Below are positions 53,897 through 64,000 of a DNA stretch of 64,000 bases, piece by piece (the first letter of the stretch is position 1; each line of letters starts with the position of its first letter). Both the position numbers and the translations under genes were made by a program. The stretch covers positions 37,681,315-37,745,314 of the forward strand of contig NC_068981.1 of NCBI RefSeq assembly GCF_001194135.2, in the 5' to 3' direction. Below the pieces are notes generated by a model. That model worked only from the letters and a program-made list of their open reading frames with translations, was not told the origin of the DNA and searched no databases. This DNA is from Octopus bimaculoides (Eukaryota).

Positions 53897-54073
53897 AAAA
53901 TTGCACTGACGTAATGATGATGGCTGGAATGCCCTTTGATTATCAGTCTCTTTATGCAGCTGATCTAGTTTTAAATAAGAACCTGAAGAAGTAGTGTATT
54001 TCTAAAACAAGCTGAAGTATCGGATATCCAAGTTCTGGACTGTGAATTGTTACAAGATATTTCAACACTTGAA

Positions 54074-54400
54074 GGCATGTCGCTTAGTGATTAGAGAATT
54101 TAGCTCATGATTATAGGGTTATGAGTTCAATCCTTGGTGACACATTGTGTCCTTGAACAAGACACATTATTTTACATTGATCCAGTCCACAAAGCTGACA
54201 AATATGAGTTGTACCTGTAATTCAAAGGGCCAGCCTTATCATATTCTGTGTCATGCTGAATCTCACTGAGAACTAACTACATTAAGGATAAGCATGTTTG
54301 TAAAGTGTTCAGCCACTTGCACGTTAATTTCAGGAGCAGGCTGTTCCATTGATTGGACCAACTAGAACATTTATCACTGTAACTGATGGAGTGCCAGTCA
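54074..54400 (+). mobile_element. tRNA-derived SINE with CORE-like central domain (S4)
   Basis: GGCATGTCGCTTAGTG (A box), GAGTTCAATCC (B box), TTGTGTCCTTGAACAAGACAC resembling the CORE domain. A decayed copy lies at ~19010-19200. Confidence 0.65.
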
Positions 54401-55339
54401 TTTCAACATCCATTATATGTTTATATAGATCTGCTCTTAACACACTTTAGTGGAATTACAGAATAACAAATATGACAGAAATGAATAAATCTATAAGTAT
54501 AAATATAAATCATTATTTATAATGATTTTTCCATTGTTGAGTGATTGGCATTCTCCTCAGAAACTGAATTATTTAATTTACAATAAAAGTTCATTAACTT
54601 TGTTTATTAGATGTTTCTTATGGAACTCATTAGCAAATACATTAATAAGAAAATTATTAGATTTAAATTTGATTTTAGCAACAGCAATAGACATAGTGTT
54701 GATGAAAGTAGCAGCAACAGTAGCAGGAAAGGTAATAATTACAACAAGAAATATAATTATAATAATGTTTACTTTTTCTGCAATGTGCTTCAATAACACA
54801 TAGGAAAGGTTATTTGATCAAAGTAATAATTCTAATGATGCTGTCATATTTGGCATAGAAACTTATATTCTAGAATTATAAAAAAAATTAAAAAGAATGG
54901 TGGGTAGTGTTGTGAATATATCTTACCTAAGGGCATTATAAATGTATGTGAAGCAACTCCAATCGAATTTGAAACATGTTACAGACATTGTTTACCCTGA
55001 ATTTATTATTACATCAAAATATTTACTTTTTACATAAAAATGAAGCTTCAGATATCTAATGAAGGTAAAATTGAAAGCTGTTATGACTGAACCTTTTCAG
55101 TTATCCTTATCAATGCTGGATTCTTTCATATAAAGGACAACAATTACTTTCAAATGGTTATTGTAGTATTGCTTTCTTATTATACGCTGCTGCATTTCAA
55201 TTTCCAGTACAAGTCTCCAGTTGTTGCTCAGTTTAGGAAATTGCTTTTACTATTCAAAATTAGGCTTACTTTAGTCACACAACATCAGTGGACAACTGTA
55301 CATATGCCTTATAATAAGGTCTAATGAAAGGGGCTGTTC

Positions 55340-56770
55340 CTTTGATGACAGACTACCCTAATTTCAGGTTGACAACATTGTTATTGCAGCTGGACATTTT
55401 ATTGGGTATTTTCAGCAACACAATGATATTTAATTCAATGTACATGGGTACTATGGATTTGATTTTTAAAAGGAAGAGATATCAAGTCTTTTGGAATGAT
55501 GAAATGCAAATGTCTTCATCATTTGTAAGATTAAATTTGGAAAATTGGTTTGGCAACTGGCCACCTATCAATCAGATGAATATGAAAACCAGATAGTATT
55601 CTTTCTCACCAGGAAATGGGATAGTCAGCTGGTTGTGAATACTAAGCCTTTTCTTAAAGAAGAAAGAATCATTAAAAATTCAAAGAAAATATAGTTCAAT
55701 GGATATGTAAAAGAAAAAGATGAAACATTAAAGAACTATGACATGGAGGACAACAAAGAGTTTCTATAAGTCAATCACTTGCAAACCACTGACAAGATAT
55801 CTGGAGAGAGTAAGATTATCTCCATTATATTCTGTAGAGAAAAGAGAGGGACAAGTGAGGAAGTTGCTTTTGGGGGTTTGCAGATATAGAGGAAGTTTTT
55901 CATAGGATTCCATATAAAGTCATGACATGGTTATTGAAAGAATTCAGAGTGGAGGAATGGTTGAATACAATACTGATGCACAGTCTAATATGAGTGAAGA
56001 TGCATAATCATACATATGAAGAATGGAAGCAATAATCTTTTTTACTCTAGTCACAATGCCTGAAATTTTGGGGGAGGGGCCAGTCGATTAGATCGACTCC
56101 AGTACGCAACTGGTACTTAATTTATCGACCCTGAAAGGATGAAAGGCAAAAACTGACCTCAGCAGAATTTGAACTCAGAATGTAAAGACAGATGAAAAGA
56201 ATGGAAGCAATAATGAATTTCCCATGTGATGGTTGAAGTTCATCAAGAATTGATACAAAGTATACTATGATTTATGGTTGTAATAGAGGTGCTGGTCTGA
56301 TGCTTTAAGAATGGTTTACCATGGGCATTACTCTACATATTCCTAGCTTAGTATATGGATGAATAGAGGGGAAATGGTGAGTTGGTGAAAGGGATGTATA
56401 GAAGTAAAGTGCATAAAGATGACTATCAGAAATACTGAGAAAACCAAACAAAAAATTATTGAGAATGAAGGGGAAAAGAGCCAGTGATAGATGCTGGAAA
56501 AGAAATGGGATGAGTTCGTTAGATCATGTGCTGAAAAAAAGTGAAAATGACTGGCCACTGGGAGTAATGAAAATGTATGTAAGTCAAGGAAGGAAAAAAT
56601 TCCGAGGGAAATACTTAAAAGTGATACAGGCAGCAATAAGAGCAAGGGGATTACTGAAAGAGGTTACTGTAAATAGGTTATACAAGAGAAAATGGCAAAT
56701 TCTTTTGAAAAGAACTCATCTGAGATTGCCCTGGTTCTATGATACAAACTTTTCATTTTATAGTGATGTA
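55340..56770 (+). mobile_element. Highly decayed RTE LINE (APE remnant and C-terminal remnant) with SINE insertion
   Basis: GHFIGYFQQHND..VHGYYGF..ANVFIICK..LATYQSD..QIVFFL resembles the RTE APE domain; SLDHVLKK resembles the WxGHVLR region. An S1 copy at 56037-56196 has an 18-bp TSD. Confidence 0.5.
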
Positions 56771-58060
56771 TAAACTAAAATATCCCATTAAAATTTCTTG
56801 TTAATATATGTTCCAGCTAAATAATGAATGGATTATTTTACTAAATTCTTTCTTATTTCCTTAATTATTTGAAGCAAAATGAATATTTTTCTGCAAAGAT
56901 ATAACAAAAGTGTTAAAATGGATATTATTGGTTTTGTTGAATTGTTTAATGTGTCCAAAGTATTGATATTAATATATTTTTAAACATAGCTTTAATTTCA
57001 TTTGAACTCTCTCACATATATACATAAGTCTCTTAAATGGAAAGAGTTTGCTTTGAATTATAAAATTGGTGATTCTCAATGTCACACACATTTTGTTGGC
57101 TCAGTTTACATCAACCTTGTACAAGATCAATATTTCTTCTCTCACACATTGTTTTTATTTATCTCTCATTCCTCACACATCAAGTGTTGATACGTATGAA
57201 TTTTATCTGTCTTATCTTCTCTATTCCTTAAGCAGAATGATGTATTGCATGCAGTCTTATTTCTCAGCATAGTTTTATTAAATTTAGAATGTGCAAACAG
57301 GTACACAAACATATATATATAAATACACACACATACACACAGTCACATTACCATTGATGTTTAATGTCTAATTTTCTATGTTTACAAGAGTATGTTGAAG
57401 AGAGTTTTTAATAACCAGGTTCATTTTGTGTCCCCGATTCTATATTTTATGCAGAGAAGTACCAGCAAATAGCACCAACTGACTGAGTCAACCCTGCTTC
57501 TAAGTAGGATGATATTTCCCAATAAAACAGACATTTTCATAGAATATTGGCAACAAAGGACATTACTTGCATTAAGGTGACACTTGTTTTCAACTACCAA
57601 GTTATGTCAACATACTCACATACACACACAGACATACATACATGCACATACATACACACACACACGTACACACAAACATACACACATACACACGTATACA
57701 CACATATGCACGCACAAGCAAACATACACATACGATAGGCTTCTATCATTTTCTGCCTACCAAATCCACTTCCAGGGTTTTGCTCAGCCTAAAGCTAAAA
57801 TAGAAAACACTTGTCCTCTAAAATGATGAGGATGATGATGACGACGACGACGATGATGATGATAAAGACGACAATGATGACAATGATAATGACGAGATAC
57901 ATGTATGTTATATATATATACATATGTATATATACATATATACATATATGTTTATGAATATATGTTTATGCATGTGTATATATACATATGTTACACACAT
58001 ACACATACGTATATATAAATTTCATACATATATATAAGTGTCATGCATATACATAAGTGT

Positions 58061-58149
<89 letters not shown>

Positions 58150-58773
58150 TTATATATAAGTGTCTAGGACTGAACCAAGAACAATGTGGTTTGGAAGTAA
58201 ACTTCTTATCACATACCCACACATGAACCTAGCCACACTGTGTGGATGTTTCAGCCTTTATATGTTTATAAGTATCTGAATATATATATATATGTGTGTA
58301 TTTGTTTGCCTGCATGTGCATAAGTAGCCGTTTGTATGTGACAGCATGTTAGACAATCTCTCTACTGTTGTTGCCACCAGAAAAGCAGCTGAACCCTAGT
58401 CCAATGACATGAATAAGTAATAGTTGATGAGATCAGAAACTTCCAATAAGGACTGATTTGACAATGATGACCCACCTAACCAATGCCAGCATAGGAAGAT
58501 GTAAAATGATGATGATGATGATGAAGACGACGATGACAAGAACAATGACGAGATACATGTATGTTATATGTATATACATATATTATATATGTACATATAT
58601 GCTGATGAATATATGTTTATGCATGTGTATATATGCATATATTACGCACATACACATAACATATATATAAATATATAAACACATACTCATACATACATAC
58701 GTGTGTGTGTGTATAGTTAGTCAATAAAACATATATCAGACAAAATGCACACTCTAACGAATAGAGCAGTAAT

Positions 58774-58970
58774 TATTAAAACAAACAGTTAAATTCTGGT
58801 CATAGAGTTGCCAAAGGTTTCGTATCCACAAAAGCCACAGCCTTGTGGACAGCTTGTCAGACTCTACACAACATATATAGAGTCTGATGAGTTGTTCACA
58901 AAGCTGTGGCTTTTGTGGATATGAAACTTTTGGTAAATCTATGACCAGAATTTAACTTTTTGTTTTAATA
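58774..58970. ncRNA. Palindrome of two head-to-head minimal type I hammerheads (family B)
   Basis: Arms 58774-58866 and 58878-58970. Plus arm reads TAGAGT-CTGATGA(58884)-long stem II-GAAA(58923)-CTTTTGG-TA-AATCTA. Minus arm reads TAGAGT-CTGACAA-stem II-GAAA-CCTTTGG-CA-ACTCTA. Confidence 0.8.
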
Positions 58971-59006
58971 TATATGTATATATATATATATGTGTGTGTG
59001 TGTGTA

Positions 59007-59065
<59 letters not shown>

Positions 59066-59085
59066 NNNNNNNNNNTTTCAGCTTA

Positions 59086-60120
59086 CTCAAGAAATGAAGC
59101 AACATGCTGTTATTGTGCTTATAAAGGCTGGATAAAGCGGTTTAGAAATGTCTCAATTTTTAAAAGTTGCCAGATCTTTCGTCTACAAAGTTTGCAAGGA
59201 GCTAGAGACTGAAGATGGAAACGTATCACCAGTATCAAAGCATAAAAAGTATTCTAAACACTCTGAAATCATCAGAACACCTGAATTTATCCAGCAAGTT
59301 GAATAGATTACAATCCCAGAAAGTCCATGAGATCAGTTGCAAAAGATCTCCATGTGTCAGAAGGAACAGTCATAAATGTCCACGAAGACATCAGATACAA
59401 GTCATATATGATGAGGAAAGGTCAAATTGTCAGAAAAAGTAAAAGAAAATCACTACATCACATCTAAAAAAATGCTCTTAAACAAACTGAAAAATCCAGC
59501 AGAATAAGATTTGATTTGGTTTTTCTCAAACAAGAAAAATTTCGACCAAGATCAAAAAGTTAACAGAAGAAATGACAGATGGTTATGTGCAGACCCTTCT
59601 GAAGTTCCAAGTGTTATGCATACAAAATTTCTTGCAATTGTCATGGTTTTAGGGTTTGTCAGCAATGAAGGACATATGATGCCTCCTTACTTATTTCCAC
59701 AAGGCCTTAGAGTTAACTTTGCCACCTACATTGAGGTCCTGGAAATAATTGCTAAGCCCTGGATAGACTGTGTATGCAATGGAGGGCCATATGTGTGTCA
59801 GTAAGTCTCTGCACTATCACACATGGCTCTAGTAACACAGGAATAGATGGCCAAAAATTTTCATGATCACATAACACTTTGAAAGCTGCCATAGTCAGAG
59901 TAGTGTCCAAAATGAACCAGGACCACTTGATTCGAGTATGTAGGTAATTTAGATCTCATACAGAAGTAGCTGTTGAAAAGGTGGCTGTATTGAATAACAT
60001 TATAGAAAAAGAAAGTTTTATTTTTGTCCACATAACATTTTTTGACAAATAAAGTTATTATCTGTTATTATATATCTTTTTTTTATAAACATAAATCTGT
60101 CCTCAAATATCTTACGCACC
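59086..60120 (+). mobile_element. Tc1/mariner transposase relic resembling DD37D (maT) type
   Basis: WFFSNKKNFDQDQKVNRRNDRW, VMVLGFVSNEGHMMPP, GLRVN..YIEVL, KPWID, degenerate QDSAPSH; the third Asp region is deleted; TIR-like end CCTCAAATATCTTACGCACC. Confidence 0.8.
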
Positions 60121-60225
60121 ATGTGTTGGTGTTGCCATCCGGTTTCACCAGTCCTCAGTCAAATCGTCCAACCCATGCTAGCATGGAAAGCGGACGTTAA
60201 ACGATGATGATGATGATGATGATGA

Positions 60226-60266
<41 letters not shown>

Positions 60267-62747
60267 ATATATATATATGTACATATAATACATGTATATG
60301 TATATATATATATATAAGCACATATATATGTGTGTATATATGTATGTATGAATTCAAAGTGTTATAGGATTGACATGTTCTTAGCTTTTTCACTTCTTTT
60401 ATTCCAATCAATGATTCATTGACCTATATTTAGACACAAATGAAATAGAGAATTAACTAAATTCTTAGACAGATAAAACAATTATAATAATCTTGCCACC
60501 AACAAAACTCACAAATCATTTATGTTTTCTTTTTTTATCATTCAATATCTTTTCTATTTAAATTTATATTTTTCCCCACAGAACCAATCTAAAATAAATT
60601 GTTGACTTGAAAATGGAGAAAATGGAGCCAATTTTGGTGAAGCTTTAGTAGAAAAAACATGATGGACCAATTTAGAAAAATGTTCACTTTAAAATTCTTC
60701 AATGTATATGTAGTATTTCATTATCAGTAAGAAAAAGAAAAAAACAATTTCAATTAAAGCAACTAGAAAACTTAATTATAACAAATGTTCTAATTAAAGT
60801 TTCCTCGAAACTATGTATTTTATTATCTATGTTAGAACAAGGCTATACATATAAGTGGTTATTAACTTAAACAAATTATAGCTGGTAGAGATGGTTGAAA
60901 GAGAGAAAAACAGAGCAAGTACTGCATAGTTTCTTGTTTAGTAGGTCATTGTTTTGCTTTCAGATCCTTGAGCTCTGCTTGTGATGTTATCAAAAAGAAG
61001 AGTTACCAAAATACTGGAATGAGTTTAACTCTAGTTACATTAATGAGTATATAAATAATAAATAATCTATTTCATTTTTATTCCTTCAGGTGCTATAAAG
61101 ACTCCTATTGCTACCACTTTACAAAGTTCATATACATACACACATATACACTTATGAAATGCATATAACTATATATATATGTACATATGCATGAATGTTA
61201 ATGTGTATGATGATGATGATGATAATGATAATGATGAAGATGGATAGTCAAGGATCTAAGTAGCATTTCTTAATATTTAACTATATCCTTTGATTCTCAG
61301 ACATAGATTTCCATGACTTGAACTTTTAAAAAAATGGTATGATAATAGAAGTTATTACAGATTTTAATTTCATCATGTAATTAAGTAGAAAAAACAATTT
61401 CTCTGGCAATCTGAGGCTAGTGAAAACTAGACAGAAATGTATTCTTCAACTGTAGAACTTGGTTTGAATGCTTTCACAGAATGAATTCTGCTAAAGGCAC
61501 ACAGTGTTGACATTAAACTGGGTGACAGTATAATGTCTACCACCCTTGTGGGCCATGGTTGGATTTGAACTCAGAAGGCAAAGAATCAGATCAAATACTG
61601 CAAGACATCTGATTCAAAATCCTTTTTCTTGTGCTAATTTACCACTTAGGATTTATATATTTTATTGAGTCCATATGAATGAAAGAACAAATTTGAAGTC
61701 TGTGGGACTTGAACTCAGAAAGTAAAGGTTTAGAACAATACTGCGAGGCCTTCTGTATAATATTCTAATGACTCAACCAATTTGCCACCATAAGACTTCT
61801 TCACTTAAAGGGTTAAATGACTAAGCACCTTCTGTACAAATTTAGCTTGTAGTTTTCACAAAAGAAATCAATTAAAAAATGCCTAACACTTATTGGCTGT
61901 TGCTGATGCATTTATAGAATTAATAGTAATCGTATGAAATATTGCTTTTAATATGAATATAATCCATACCAGAATCTCTAGCAATGCACATAATACACAT
62001 ATTATTCATCCTTTCCAAAAACACCTCATTTTAAACACATTCAGCTCTATGCATTTCAATTTCCCTTCCATTCTTTGTTCATCAGAAACCTGGTTTTATC
62101 TTCTCACAAAATATAGATTATAGATAAAAAAAAAAAATATCCTGATTCCTTCAAGTGCTATGAAGACTCCTACTGCTACTTCTACACACTTTATGTAATA
62201 CCATAGAAACAGCTTCATTCCTTGTCACTGGACCCAGTTTGAAGGGTTTGCTCCTGGTAAATTTTGATAGCCCCAGGAGAGTCTGAACTAGCTGGTATTT
62301 AAATGCCCTGACTACACCAGGGAGAGATGTGTTACAATATAGTAGTATCTCAAGTTTGACTAATCTCAGAATTTAGACAGTTCAAACAGAGCCACCAGTT
62401 GGATAAGGATATATAAATTAAATAAAGTGGAAGAAACCTGCAGCTGGAGAAGACCAAGCAAGGTATAAAGAGAAAAAGTGAAGGTAGATGTCAAAAAACC
62501 AAATCTTATGAGAAGAGATTAAAAAATGTGGTAAGACGTTGTGTTTGAAAATAAATATCTAACCCATGCAAGCATGAGAAAGCAAACATAAAATGATGAT
62601 GGTAAGGAAAATGATGATGATGATGATGATGGATAGTAAAGGTTCTTAGCAAGACTCCTTAATGTTTAATTATATCCTCTGATTCTCTATATATGCGTGT
62701 TTATAAATATTTGCGTATATATATATATATATATGCTACATATATCT

Positions 62748-63450
62748 ATAAACAAATCCAAAAGGTTTTGGAATTTATGGAGAGAAAGCTATTATGGAAG
62801 ACTCATAGTATAATAATGACTGTATAATAATATATCATAATAATATTTATTCTCCAATTTGAAGTGACAATTTTTACATAGAAACAAATTATCAAAAAAT
62901 GATGTACTAATCTCAGACAGAATTGAAACCACAAATTAATGCTTACATGACTCCTTACAAATCCAATTGGCCAAATTCTTACCCATCAATTTCAGTAAAA
63001 TTCAGTTGATATATACTTAAACTGTCTAATACTACATATAATATTCATAAACAAACCCGAAAGGCTTTGTAAGTTATAAAGAGAAAGCTATTATGGAAGA
63101 CCCATAGTATGATAATAACTGTATAATAATATACCATAATAATATTTATTCTTTGATTTGAAGCAACAATTTTTAAATACAAACATATGACCAAAAAATG
63201 ATGAACAAACTTCAGGCAGAATTGGGTTTGTTTATATATATTATATGTAGTATTCGGCAGTTTAAGTATATATCAACTAAATTGGACTGAAATTGATGGT
63301 TGAGTGTCTGGCCAATCGGATTTGTAAGGAGGTGTGTAAGCTTTGATTTGTGGGTTCGATTCTGCCTGAGGCTAGCTCATCATTTATTTGTATCTAAAAA
63401 TTGTTGCTTCAAATTGGAGAATACATATTATTATGATATAATTTTATACA
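62748..63450. repeat. 299-bp tandem unit, partial second copy and inverted third copy with tRNA-like A/B boxes
   Basis: 62748-63046 repeats from 63047 to 63223; 63224-63450 is the reverse complement of ~62820-63058; TGGCCAATCGG at 63309 and GGTTCGATTC at 63353. Confidence 0.85.
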
Positions 63451-63460
63451 NNNNNNNNNN

Positions 63461-63720
63461 ATGGCACCTTGGGGAAATGTCTTCTACCAAAGACAGAAAT
63501 TGAAAGAAGCCCATCGTATATATATGTGTGTGGGCATATATATGTTTGTGTGCTTGTTTGTCCCCCACCATCATTTGACAACCGATGCTGGTGTGCTTAT
63601 GTCCCCATAAATTAGTGGTTTGACAAAAGAGACTGATAAAATAAGTACTAAGCTTGCAAAGGCGGTGCTCCAGTGTGGCCACAATAAAATGACTGAAACA
63701 AATAAAAGAATAAAAGAATA
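63461..63720 (+). mobile_element. SINE family S2, head lost in gap
   Basis: GGCACCTTGGG..GAAAGAAGCCCATCG..GACTGAAACAAATAAAAGAATAAAAGA. Confidence 0.85.
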
Positions 63721-63749
63721 CACACACACATATATATATATATATACAT

Positions 63750-63782
<33 letters not shown>

Positions 63783-64000
63783 GTTTTAGGGAAAATAACC
63801 AATTTTCAAGAACTCATCGATGAAAATCCACTATCACATATAGAAAAATTAATTATTTGAAAATAATATGTATTCTTGTTTTTATACTATTCATTTGGTT
63901 CTTTATAGATTATTTTTAATAGATAACTTATTTAACACTAAATTATTTAGAAGTTATAGTTTCATTTCAACATAATATTAGAACTTCGATTTGAATAGTG

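Noticed and set aside
63350-63395. ATGATGA...GAAC/GAAA on the minus strand of the 299-bp unit as a further hammerhead
   Set aside because: C3 is missing, stems I and III do not pair, and the GAA is the reverse complement of the B box.
6476-63823. Many ORF-track entries with X runs or YI/HT/CV/DDD/HHH repeats
   Set aside because: They are translations of N gaps and microsatellites, not genes.

Overview
AT-rich, gapped, microsatellite-laden animal DNA. The SINE and RTE repeat families point to a cephalopod, probably Octopus (inference from recognised repeats, not a search). No complete host gene is visible; the window reads as intronic or intergenic DNA filled with nested retroelement remnants. 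These are RTE LINEs and their (GAT)n-tailed 3' ends, R4/Dong-type RLE LINE fragments, a 5'-intact but 3'-truncated Tx1/L1 LINE, a Gypsy element with both LTRs but no RT/RNase H nested in a Penelope remnant, two Tc1/mariner relics and several tRNA-derived SINE families. The most striking signal is hammerhead ribozyme architecture at three unrelated loci. Two are ~200 bp palindromes, each made of two head-to-head minimal type I hammerheads (23509-23727, 58774-58970); the third is a hammerhead-like motif inside a tRNA-headed SINE (12686-12941). Also present: a ~900 bp foldback, a duplicated 61-nt exon-like cassette and a few microexon candidates. Alignments, folds and translations were done by eye, so boundaries of old elements are approximate.
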